A DNA stretch of 36,164 bases from Candidatus Eiseniibacteriota bacterium (GTDB taxonomy: Bacteria; Eisenbacteria; RBG-16-71-46). How positions within the stretch are numbered: the first letter of the stretch is position 1; each line of letters opens with the position of its first letter. Made by a program: the position numbers and the translations under genes. The stretch spans positions 1-36,164 of the forward strand of contig JANLWX010000060.1 of NCBI GenBank assembly GCA_031364845.1, read 5' to 3'. Shown in pieces: positions 16,129-27,755 of the stretch. The notes under the pieces are model-generated. The model saw nothing but the letters and a program-made list of their open reading frames with translations, ran no database searches and was not told the origin of the DNA.

Positions 16129-17205
16129 ATGCGCGGCGCCGCAACCGGCCCGCAGCCGGTGCCGCCGAACGCCGTTTCCGCTCCCGCGGCATCCGGGCCG
16201 CGCGTGCTGCTGATCGACTCGCTCGATGCGCCGGGCGCCTATCCCGCCGACATCGCGGTGCGTGCGCGCGCGCTGTCGGCGCTCGGAACCGTGACCACCT
16301 GCGCGGTGCCGACCGGGTTCGGAGCACTCGAAGCGCATGCCGCGGCCGCCGCGCGGAGCGCTGTGGCCGATCGCATGGCGCAGGTGCGTCCCGACGTCGT
16401 GGTGATCGCCTCGTGCGCCGCTTCAGGCGGCGCGCTGGCGCGCGAGGTGAGTGCGAACACGGTGTGGTGGTGGCCGACGGGAATCGGAGCCGCTCCGCGC
16501 CGCTGGTCGCTGTGGCCTGCCGGTCGTCCGTCGGTCGCGATGCTGAAGGACGCCTCGAGCGCCGCGGATACCCCGCATCGCGTCCCGGGAGCGGAAGCGC
16601 TCGACTGGGCCGCGCACGACGCGCTCGAACGTCCGCATTCCAAACTGCCGCTGTGGGACGGACGCTACCTCGTCGTTCCGGCACCGCTCGGCGGGGACGC
16701 CGGCCGCGTGCTGCTCCAGGGATTCGCCGAACTCGACGCGCGCTGGGATCGCGTCGACCTCGTCGTGCTCGCGGATGTGCAGGAGGAATTCCTCGCGCAC
16801 GCTCGCGTACTCGGCATCGGCACCCGCGTGCACTTCGCCGGACCCGCCACCGCCGACGCGGAGCTGACATGGCTCGGCGGCGCCGCGGCCGTGGCGCTGG
16901 CGCCCGCAGGGCCGCTCGCGGCGAGCCTCGTGCTGCGTGCGCTCGCGCGCAACGTGCCGCTCGTGGTGCTCGGACCCCTCGCTGTGCCCATCCAGGCATG
17001 GCTCACGGATCGCGGCGCGCTGCCGCTGCCGTGGACCGCGGCAAAGCTGCCAGCCCGCGTCATGATGAGCGACGCGCTCGAGCGGGAGCGCGCGGTCGAA
17101 GCCGCGTGCGCGCGCGGCATCGAGGTCGCGCATCGCCACGGCGCGGCCGCACTCGCGGCTCGACTCGGTGGCGAACGGCCCGCGACGCGACGCCGCGCGG
17201 CCTGA
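16129..17205 (+). CDS. Divergent GT-B (GT4-like) glycosyltransferase-fold protein
   Basis: RPDVVVI, LGIGTRVHFAG, LVLRALARNVPLVV resemble the GT4 C-terminal domain, but the E-x7-E acidic motif is absent. Confidence 0.55.
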   Translation: MRGAATGPQPVPPNAVSAPAASGPRVLLIDSLDAPGAYPADIAVRARALSALGTVTTCAVPTGFGALEAHAAAAARSAVADRMAQVRPDVVVIASCAASGGALAREVSANTVWWWPTGIGAAPRRWSLWPAGRPSVAMLKDASSAADTPHRVPGAEALDWAAHDALERPHSKLPLWDGRYLVVPAPLGGDAGRVLLQGFAELDARWDRVDLVVLADVQEEFLAHARVLGIGTRVHFAGPATADAELTWLGGAAAVALAPAGPLAASLVLRALARNVPLVVLGPLAVPIQAWLTDRGALPLPWTAAKLPARVMMSDALERERAVEAACARGIEVAHRHGAAALAARLGGERPATRRRAA

Positions 17206-17363
17206 GTCTCGAACGTCGGGACGTCGACCCCGTCGCCCCACCCTGTGATCACGTTCGTTCCCTCGACGGGGCCGTGACGCGCCCTTGCCGAACCCGTTGC
17301 CGCTGGCCGCGGACGACGCGTTCACGCTAGATTCACTCCGGGTTTCATCACGACGGAGGTCAG

Positions 17364-18296
17364 GTGCGGATACTGGTAACCGGGGGAGCGGGATTCATCG
17401 GGTCGAACCTCGCGGACCGGTTGCTGGCCGAGGGCCACGAAGTCGCGATCCTCGATGATCTTTCGAGCGGCCGTCGTGATCAGGTTCCCGCCGCGGCGCG
17501 CTTCTACGAATCCGATCTCGACGATGCCGGCGCCACCGAACGCTGCGTCGCCGAGTTCCGTCCCGAGATCGTGAGCCATCACGCCGCGCAGATCGACGTG
17601 CGCCGCTCGGTCGCCGATCCCGTGCGGGATGCACGCACCAACATCCTCGGCTCGCTCGCGCTGCTCCAGAGCTGCACGCGCCATGGCGTGCGCAAGCTGA
17701 TCTACGCGTCGACCGGCGGCGCGCTCTACGGCGAGGGCCGCATCCTGCCGGCGACCGAGGAGCATCCGGTGAACCCGGAAGCGCCTTACGGCGCCAGCAA
17801 GCATGCGGTCGAGCACTACCTGTACCTGTGGAAGCAGCTCCACGGGCTCGACTGGACGGTACTGCGCTATCCCAACGTCTACGGCCCGCGGCAGAGTCCG
17901 CACGGAGAAGCCGGCGTGAACGCGATCTTCATCGGGCTGATGCTGGCCGGTGAGCGTCCGCGCGTGTTCGGGACCGGCGACCAGGTGCGCGACTACCTCT
18001 ACGTCGATGACGTGGTGGAAGCGAACGTGCGCGCGCTGTCGCAGGCGGGAGGGGAGATTCTGAACCTCGGCACCGGCATTCCGACCTCAGTCGACGATCT
18101 GGTGCGCGCGCTCAATCGCATTCTCGGCACGCAGATCGAGCCGATCCGGGAGCCGGAGCGGCCGGGCGAGATCCAGCGCATCTATCTCGACGCGACGCGC
18201 GCGGGCCGTCTGCTGGGCTGGCGTCCGCAGGTCGAACTGGACGAGGGACTGCGGCGAACCGTGGAATGGGTGCGCGGAGCTTCGGTCCGCCGCTAG
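17364..18296 (+). CDS. NAD-dependent epimerase/dehydratase (UDP-glucose 4-epimerase-like)
   Basis: ILVTGGAGFIGS, HHAAQIDVRRSV, YGASK (YxxxK), LRYPNVYGPRQ, RDYLYVDDV; GGAGGT SD. Confidence 0.95.
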   Translation: MRILVTGGAGFIGSNLADRLLAEGHEVAILDDLSSGRRDQVPAAARFYESDLDDAGATERCVAEFRPEIVSHHAAQIDVRRSVADPVRDARTNILGSLALLQSCTRHGVRKLIYASTGGALYGEGRILPATEEHPVNPEAPYGASKHAVEHYLYLWKQLHGLDWTVLRYPNVYGPRQSPHGEAGVNAIFIGLMLAGERPRVFGTGDQVRDYLYVDDVVEANVRALSQAGGEILNLGTGIPTSVDDLVRALNRILGTQIEPIREPERPGEIQRIYLDATRAGRLLGWRPQVELDEGLRRTVEWVRGASVRR

Positions 18297-18302
18297 GCGG
18301 TT

Positions 18303-19877
18303 CTACCGCATCAGGCGCACGAGCATCGCGATGATCGGCGTGTCGGTCTTCTTGCCCGCGATGTGGTCCGGCTGATTGATCCAGCGGTAGCCGCCGCTCA
18401 CCTGAACGTCGACGCCGCTCGCGGGCCACCAGCGCATGCCGAGCTCGATCTCGCGAGTGGTCTCGAGATTGCCCTCGAACGCCGCGGAGTTCACGCGCGG
18501 AGAGCGCGGGATGAACGGCTCGTCGAGATCGTTCTCGCCCTTGTCGGAACGCGTCACGCGCGCATTGAACTGCCAGTCCGGGTTCGGATCCCACGCACCG
18601 CGCAGCCGGATGCGGCGCGCGTCCGGCGACACCGGAAACCCGAGCGGCTGGCCCTGCGTCACGTAATCGCGGCCGAAGAACGACGTGTAGACGAAGCGCG
18701 TGACGCGCGTGTATTCGCCGCCCCACGTGAGCCGCCCGTTGCCGAAGTCACCGACGCCGTCGTATCCGAGCTGAAACGCGTACTTGTTCGCGTTCTTGCC
18801 GCTGCGCGCGTGCAGGTCGTCGATCAGCACTTCGCCGTACACGCGCGTCCCGTTCGCGATCCGCCAGCTCGCATCGAACGCGGTGAGGATGTTGTTGCGG
18901 TGGGCGACCAGCGAGTCGGGCTCGTTCTGGAGGTGGAGTCGCTGCACGAGCACGTAGGGAATCGCTCCCAGCAGGTAGAGCGGCTGCCATCCGGGCCACT
19001 CGTAACGCGCGGCCTCGGTGACAGCGACGCGCAGCCGCGGATGCGGCTGCCATTCGATGCGGTGTGCGGCGAGCTGTTCTTTGCCCGCCTGCTCGAGCGT
19101 GGCGGACAACGAGATCATGTCGAGCTTGAGCGCGTCCATGTGGGCGCGCATCGAGAGGCCGGTCATCGAAGGGGCGGAGCGCGACAACACGAGCGAGCCT
19201 TCTTCGCCCGGTCCCCAGTGCCATCGGTTCTGGCCGAACTGCATCGCCCAGCGCTGCTGATCGCCGGTGTAAGCGAGATACGTTTCCTCGGTCAGCACGA
19301 TCAGGTCGCTGTTGGGAACGATAGGATCGGAGAACGCGCGCGCGCTGTCGAAGCGCCCGACCACGAAGCGGGTGTAGGCGAGCCAGTGGTCGAGTCCGAT
19401 CGCCACCCGCGACTCGAGCCCCGAGCCGGTCACGACCCGCGAGCCGTGCTTGTCGATCTGCGCGCGCCCGGCGAGTCCGCTCGAGATCTCGAAGTGCTGA
19501 TCGTCCTCGGACTTCTGATAGAGCCTGGGCGTCGAGCGTTGCTCCGGGTGCGCGGTGAACCACGAGGCCGCGTCGCGTCCGAACGCCCGCTCGAGGCGCA
19601 CCGACGAGATCCGGTACGACGGCGGGAGATCGGACGGCGGTGCTCCGGTGCCCATGAGATCGATGAACTGGTAGGGCCGGGTGTTGACGTGGGGGAGCAC
19701 GATGCGCCCGTTCAGGGGCCGGGGATCGAGCAGGTCGAGCGTGCGAATCTCGATCTCGAGCGGATCGCCAACGCTCAGATAGTCGTAGGGCGTCGCGCGC
19801 GCCGTGCCGCACGGCAGGCACGCGAGCAACATGAACACGAGGGCGAGTGAGCGAGCGGAGCCACGGGGATTTCGCAT
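18303..19877 (-). CDS. Capsule assembly Wzi-family outer-membrane protein
   Basis: Signal peptide; FGQNRWHWGPGEEGSLVLS, LAAHRIEW, YGEVLIDD, GEYTRV, PLGFPVSPDA motifs; beta-barrel-like C-terminus; start inferred. Confidence 0.75.
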   Translation of the reverse strand: MRNPRGSARSLALVFMLLACLPCGTARATPYDYLSVGDPLEIEIRTLDLLDPRPLNGRIVLPHVNTRPYQFIDLMGTGAPPSDLPPSYRISSVRLERAFGRDAASWFTAHPEQRSTPRLYQKSEDDQHFEISSGLAGRAQIDKHGSRVVTGSGLESRVAIGLDHWLAYTRFVVGRFDSARAFSDPIVPNSDLIVLTEETYLAYTGDQQRWAMQFGQNRWHWGPGEEGSLVLSRSAPSMTGLSMRAHMDALKLDMISLSATLEQAGKEQLAAHRIEWQPHPRLRVAVTEAARYEWPGWQPLYLLGAIPYVLVQRLHLQNEPDSLVAHRNNILTAFDASWRIANGTRVYGEVLIDDLHARSGKNANKYAFQLGYDGVGDFGNGRLTWGGEYTRVTRFVYTSFFGRDYVTQGQPLGFPVSPDARRIRLRGAWDPNPDWQFNARVTRSDKGENDLDEPFIPRSPRVNSAAFEGNLETTREIELGMRWWPASGVDVQVSGGYRWINQPDHIAGKKTDTPIIAMLVRLMR

Positions 19878-20026
19878 TGTGGGGCATGCTATCCCGGAGT
19901 CCCACTGGTCCGCCAGCGAAGTCGGCGGCGCACCTGCCTGCAGATGGATGCGTGTGATAGGGTCCGGCGCTCGTTGCCCACTGCGGGCGATATTCAACGC
20001 GAGGCTCCCCGATCCCGGAGGACAAT

Positions 20027-22684
<2,658 letters not shown>

Positions 22685-22763
22685 AGCCTGGCCGCCGCGG
22701 CGGCCGGGACGCTCCCGTTCGCGGGCCACGCGATCACGAGGCCCGCGAACCGGTCACCGGTCG

Positions 22764-24290
22764 TCACCGCAACGCCGTCGAATCGCCTTTCGGCGTCCAG
22801 ACGAAATCGGGCCGCGTGTGGAATCCGGTGAGCGGCCAGAACAGATCCTTCTCGTTCTCCCCGAACATCTGCGCGACGTGATCGTAGTAGGGCTGTGCCT
22901 CTTCCTTGAGCCACCCGGTGTGATCGAGCACGACGAGGCCGAACGCGTGCCCCCGCAGCGCGGTGCGCAGCGAGTCCATCAGCGCGTCACGCTGCGGCGT
23001 GTCGCGCGGTCGCAGCACGTCGGTGAGTGCGAGCTCGTGCGCATAGGATGGCTTGCCCGCCATCTCCGCGAGATACGGATGGCTCGGAATCCACACGTCA
23101 CCGCGCACGCGTCGGAGGCTCTCGACGAACTGCCGGCCCGCGGCCGCGTGGGCGGGTGTCGGGATCTGGAGCCACGGCTTGTACAGCAGCAACGAGAATT
23201 GAATCAGACACAGCACGACGGCGAAGCGCTCCAGCGCCCTGCCTCGTTCGCCGAGCGACTCGCGCAACCCGAGCAGGCGATCGAGTCCCCATCCGAATAC
23301 AAGACTCGCGGCGAGATGCGCGGGGATCACGAGATTGTCGTAGCTGCCGACCCGGATCTTGGTCACGTACGCGGCGATCACGAGTCCCACGACGAGCGCC
23401 AGATCGAGACCGTCGCGGCGCCACGTCTCACGCGACATGCGGCAGAAGCCGAACACTCCGAACGCGAACGCGATCGCGAAGGCGCCCAGCAGATCGGTGG
23501 TCCAGAATCCACGCAGCAGCTGGCCGATGATCGGATGGTCGCGCGGGAGGTCGAACGCGTAGTAGGCGTACCAGCCGCCTGAGGCGCGATCGAGTGCGAG
23601 CGTCGCTCCGCCGACGATCGCGCCGAGCGTGGCGCCGAATGCGATTCCGCGGCGCCAGTCGGTGAACACCAGGAATACCGCGGCGGGTGCGGCGATGAAC
23701 AACGCCGACTGCTTGGTGAGCGCGGCGAGCGCGAAGGCGAGTCCGCCGAGGATCCCCGCGAGCCAGGGCGGATCGCGCCGGAGCAGGAGGATGCCCGCCG
23801 CGACGAACGCGATGTAGACCGAATCGACGCGCGCGAGGTCGAACCACGCGCCGCCTTCGCGATAGCTTGCCGCGAACAGGCACGCGCCAAGCACGGCCGG
23901 CAGCCACCGGCTCGAACTCCGGCGCAGAGTCATGTAAACGAACGCGATCGTGCCGAGCGACGCGACGAACGACAGCAGCCGCAGGGGCGCGAATCCGGCG
24001 CCCGCGAACTTGGAAACGATCGCGCCGAGATAGAAGTAGAGCGGCGGGTAGATGAACGGAGTGAAGTGCAATGACGGCGCGACGTAGAGCGGCTGACCTT
24101 CGAGCACTCGGCGAACGTGCGCGACCACCGAGCCCTCCATCCATTCGAGTTCGAACGGGTGCCCCGCGCGCATCAGCGCGATCACGATGTAGGTGAGGGG
24201 ATAGGCGAGCGCGAACGCGGTCACCGCGCCCCACGCGGCACGCATGCCGGTGGTCGTGGTGGCGGGGGCGGTCTCGGGTGTCCGGTTCAT
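22764..24290 (-). CDS. Polytopic GT-C (ArnT/PMT-like) membrane glycosyltransferase, paralog A
   Basis: Many TM helices; HPFELEWMEG, PFIYPPLYF, GAWFDLARVDS, LTKQ; start MNRTPE overlaps the stop of the upstream gene. Confidence 0.75.
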   Translation of the reverse strand: MNRTPETAPATTTTGMRAAWGAVTAFALAYPLTYIVIALMRAGHPFELEWMEGSVVAHVRRVLEGQPLYVAPSLHFTPFIYPPLYFYLGAIVSKFAGAGFAPLRLLSFVASLGTIAFVYMTLRRSSSRWLPAVLGACLFAASYREGGAWFDLARVDSVYIAFVAAGILLLRRDPPWLAGILGGLAFALAALTKQSALFIAAPAAVFLVFTDWRRGIAFGATLGAIVGGATLALDRASGGWYAYYAFDLPRDHPIIGQLLRGFWTTDLLGAFAIAFAFGVFGFCRMSRETWRRDGLDLALVVGLVIAAYVTKIRVGSYDNLVIPAHLAASLVFGWGLDRLLGLRESLGERGRALERFAVVLCLIQFSLLLYKPWLQIPTPAHAAAGRQFVESLRRVRGDVWIPSHPYLAEMAGKPSYAHELALTDVLRPRDTPQRDALMDSLRTALRGHAFGLVVLDHTGWLKEEAQPYYDHVAQMFGENEKDLFWPLTGFHTRPDFVWTPKGDSTALR

Positions 24291-25792
24291 CGAGGCTCCG
24301 GCAGCCACAGCGTCTGCGGGCGCAGCGGCGCGCCCGATCGGGGGAAGAAGGCGCGATCGCCGGGCCCCAACCAACTCGCCGCGGGACGATAGAGGCCGCC
24401 GAGGTGCTGCTCGAACGCCTGGTTGTCGTCGAGCACCAGTGCCGTGAAGCGTCGCGCGACGAACGCCTGTTCGATGTCGTGCTGCAGCGACACCGGGCGC
24501 GAGCGCGGCGCGGCGCGCAATACGTCGATCACCGCCATGAGGTGCGCGTGCGATTCCTTTCCGGCGAGGGTGGCGAGGTACCCGTGACCGGGAATCCACA
24601 CGTCTCCGGGAAGCGCGCGAATCCGGTCGGTGAGCGCCGTACCCGCTTCGGCATCGGCGCGGGACGGCACGTAGCGCAGCGGATTGTACGCAAGGACGGC
24701 GAACTGGACGAGTGCGAGCACGAGGACCACGCGCGCGCGGGCGGGCGATGCCGTCGCCGAGGCGCCCGCGATCCGCACGAAACCGCGCGCGCCGAGGATC
24801 GCGAGTGCTGCGTGCGCCGGCATCAGCACGTTTTCGGCGCCTCCCTCGTGCATGCGCGAAACCCACGCGGCACCGAGCATGCCGGCGGCGAGCGCGAGGT
24901 CGATCCGGCGTTCGCGCGTGATCGCCCCGCCGCGCGCGATACGCTCCGGCCCGCCTCCGGCCTTGGTCTTCGCGCCCGGCAGCAGTGCCGCGATCGAGAA
25001 CGCGATCGCGATCGCGAACGGCGCGAGCATGTCCATGAGCCAGAATCCCGCGACCGCGCGCGGCTCGATGCGATGGGCGCGCGGCAGTTCGAGGATGTAG
25101 AAGGAATACCAGCCTCCGCTCGCCTGCTGGAGGGCGAGATGCCCGCCGCCCGCGACCACCACGAACGCGAGCCCGAGCCCCGCGAGTCCGCGCCGGTCCT
25201 CGAACGCAAGCGCGACCGTGAACGGAAGCATGATCAGCGCCGCCGGCTGCTTCGTCAGATAGGCGACGCCGAACAGCACACCCGCTGCCGCGCCGCGCCC
25301 GAAGCCCCGGCCGCCGGCGAGCACGGCGATCGCGCCGAGCGTGAGTGCGAGGAACAGCGCGTCGACCCGGCCGAGGTCGAACCACGCGCCGCTCTTCGCA
25401 TACGACGCGGCGAACAACCCCGCGGCGATGAGCCCCGCACCGCGTCCGGTGCCGCCGCGGTTCGCGAGCCGCGCGATCAGGACGAACGAAACGAGCGTTG
25501 CCCCGAGCGACACCACGCGCATCGCCGCGAATCCCTCGCCGGTCACGCGCGCGACGAGCGCCGCCGCGTGGAAGAAGACCGGCGGATAAAGGAACGGCAC
25601 GTAGTCGATCGCCGGCGCTCCATACAGCGGCAGTCCCGCGAGCACCCGGCGCACGGCGTCGCGCATGCCGCCTTCGATCCACTCGAGTTCGTACGGATGA
25701 CCGAGGCGCGCCAGTGCCACCGCGAGGAACAGCACGAGCGCCAGCCACGAGATCGCGGCGAGCGCCGCATGCGCGCGGGGGTGCGGCGTCAT
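24287..25792 (-). CDS. Polytopic GT-C membrane glycosyltransferase, paralog B
   Basis: HPYELEWIEG, PFLYPPVFF, GAWFDLGRVDA, LTKQ, ASGGWY; collinear with paralog A. Confidence 0.75.
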   Translation of the reverse strand: MTPHPRAHAALAAISWLALVLFLAVALARLGHPYELEWIEGGMRDAVRRVLAGLPLYGAPAIDYVPFLYPPVFFHAAALVARVTGEGFAAMRVVSLGATLVSFVLIARLANRGGTGRGAGLIAAGLFAASYAKSGAWFDLGRVDALFLALTLGAIAVLAGGRGFGRGAAAGVLFGVAYLTKQPAALIMLPFTVALAFEDRRGLAGLGLAFVVVAGGGHLALQQASGGWYSFYILELPRAHRIEPRAVAGFWLMDMLAPFAIAIAFSIAALLPGAKTKAGGGPERIARGGAITRERRIDLALAAGMLGAAWVSRMHEGGAENVLMPAHAALAILGARGFVRIAGASATASPARARVVLVLALVQFAVLAYNPLRYVPSRADAEAGTALTDRIRALPGDVWIPGHGYLATLAGKESHAHLMAVIDVLRAAPRSRPVSLQHDIEQAFVARRFTALVLDDNQAFEQHLGGLYRPAASWLGPGDRAFFPRSGAPLRPQTLWLPEPR

Positions 25793-25836
25793 CGGCGTCT
25801 CGGGTTGCGCCCTGCGCAGCGGGGCGGATGGGGCGG

Positions 25837-26931
25837 TCACGCGCGCGGGGCGCGCCGCTCGAATGCGGCGCCGAGCACGTCCACGATCTGGAGCCCGCTG
25901 GTTCCGTCTCCGAACGGGTTGTCCCACGTGCGCGGCCGGCTCACCATCGCGCGCGCTGCCGCGACGATGCGCTCCGGTTCCGCGCCCGCGAGCACGTTGG
26001 CTCCGGCGGTGACCGACTCCGGGCGTTCGGTGTTGTCGCGCAACGTCACGCACGGCACCTTGAGGCAGCACGCTTCCTCCTGCAGGCCGCCCGAATCGGT
26101 GAGCACCAAGGCGGCGCGCGCATGGAGCCCGAGGAAATCGAGATAGCCGAGCGGCGGCAGCACGCGCACGCCTTCGGGATCGAGTCCGAGGCGCTGGCAC
26201 TTCGCGGCGGTGCGCGGGTGGAGTGTGGCGAGCACCGGCATCTCGAGCGTGCGGGCGACCTCCGCGAGGCCGCGGAAGATGCCGCGCAGGCGGCTCTCGG
26301 CCTCGACGTTCTCGTGCCGGTGCACGGTCGCGAGCGCGAAGCGGCCCGGAACCACTCCGAACGACTCGAACAACTCGGGGCGCGCCGCCCGGTCGCGATG
26401 GCGCAGGAGTTCGTCGACCACCGTGTTGCCGGTGACGAAGATGCGCGAGGCGTGAAAGCCTTCGGAAAGCAGTTGCTCGCGCGAGTGCGTGGTGGGCGCG
26501 AACAGGTAGTCGGAGAGGTGATCGGCGAGGATGCGGTTGGTCTCCTCGGGCATCGTGCGATCGAACGAACGCAGACCCGCCTCCACGTGCCCGACCTCGA
26601 GGCCGAGCTTGTGCGCCGCGAGGGCGCCGGCGAGTACCGAGTTCGTGTCGCCCTCGACCAGCACCACGTCCGGCCGCTCCTCTGCCAGGACTTCGGCCAT
26701 GCGCTGCACCATCACACCAACCTGCCACGCCGCTTCGCCCGAGCCGACCTCGAGATTCACGTGCGGGCGCGGCAGTCCCAGCTCGGCGAAGAACACGCCG
26801 TCCATCTCGAAGGAGTAGTGCTGGCCGGTGTGGATCAGCACGAACGGAATCCGCCGCGCCTCGCACGCGCGCACCACCGACGCCATCTTGATGATCTCGG
26901 GACGCGTGCCGACGACGATGCCGAGTTTCAT
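25837..26931 (-). CDS. wecB: UDP-N-acetylglucosamine 2-epimerase (non-hydrolysing)
   Basis: GTRPEIIKM, HTGQHY, GDTNS, HVEAGLRS, MPEETNR, TDSGGLQEEA, LRDNTERPE. Confidence 0.96.
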   Translation of the reverse strand: MKLGIVVGTRPEIIKMASVVRACEARRIPFVLIHTGQHYSFEMDGVFFAELGLPRPHVNLEVGSGEAAWQVGVMVQRMAEVLAEERPDVVLVEGDTNSVLAGALAAHKLGLEVGHVEAGLRSFDRTMPEETNRILADHLSDYLFAPTTHSREQLLSEGFHASRIFVTGNTVVDELLRHRDRAARPELFESFGVVPGRFALATVHRHENVEAESRLRGIFRGLAEVARTLEMPVLATLHPRTAAKCQRLGLDPEGVRVLPPLGYLDFLGLHARAALVLTDSGGLQEEACCLKVPCVTLRDNTERPESVTAGANVLAGAEPERIVAAARAMVSRPRTWDNPFGDGTSGLQIVDVLGAAFERRAPRA

Positions 26932-27755
26932 TGCGCGCTCCCACTGGTTCCTGCGGCGCGTTCGGCGGCCGCGATGCGCGCGCGGACCGCAGTACGGCGG
27001 TGAGGGCCGAAGCGCTCGAGGAACCGTTGCCCGAGCAGCGTGACCGTGGTGCGGATGGTGCGCAGCACCTTCATCTTGCTGTTGCCCACGCGCTCGCCGT
27101 AGTCGAGCACGAACGGAATTTCGGTTGCGCGCACGTCGAGCGGCCGCAGCTTGATCAGCAGATCCATCACCGCTTCGAATCCGCGCGCGGTGCAGAGGTC
27201 GTCGCCATAGGCGAGCCGCGCGCGCCGCAGCAGCGGGACGCGGAAGGCGCGGAAGCAGCAGGTGTAGTCACGCACGCCGGGAATCGGGAACATGCCCTGG
27301 AACACGAGCCTGCCGACATCCGACAGCGCGCGGCGATAGCCGGGCACTCCGTGGACCTCGGAACCCCCGCGGTAGCGCGAGGCGATCGCGAGATCGAATC
27401 CCTCGCGCACGCGCGCGACCAGCACCGGGATCAGTGCCGGCGGATGCGTGTTGTCGGCATCGAGCGTCACGATCACGTCGTCGTCCTGCGCGTGGTCGAG
27501 GCACCAGTAGATGCCGGTGCGCAGCCCGGCGCCGAGTCCCTGGTTGCGCTCGTGCCGCAGCACCGTGAGCGTGAGCGTGCCCTCGCTGTCGTGGACGGCG
27601 CGCTCGGCCTCGGCGATCGTGCGGTCGGTGCTGCCGTCGTCGACCAGCACCGCGCGGTAGGCGCCGCCGTCCGCGCGCATCGCGGCCACCAGCGCCATCA
27701 GTGTGGGATGGATGACGGCTTCTTCGTTCCACGCCGGGAAGATCACGAAGATCAT
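26928..27755 (-). CDS. Glycosyltransferase family 2 (polyprenol-phosphate sugar synthase-like)
   Basis: PAWNEE, VDDGSTDRT, NQGLGAGL, TLDADNTHPP, ASRY, DYTCCFRAFR. Confidence 0.9.
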   Translation of the reverse strand: MIFVIFPAWNEEAVIHPTLMALVAAMRADGGAYRAVLVDDGSTDRTIAEAERAVHDSEGTLTLTVLRHERNQGLGAGLRTGIYWCLDHAQDDDVIVTLDADNTHPPALIPVLVARVREGFDLAIASRYRGGSEVHGVPGYRRALSDVGRLVFQGMFPIPGVRDYTCCFRAFRVPLLRRARLAYGDDLCTARGFEAVMDLLIKLRPLDVRATEIPFVLDYGERVGNSKMKVLRTIRTTVTLLGQRFLERFGPHRRTAVRARIAAAERAAGTSGSAQ

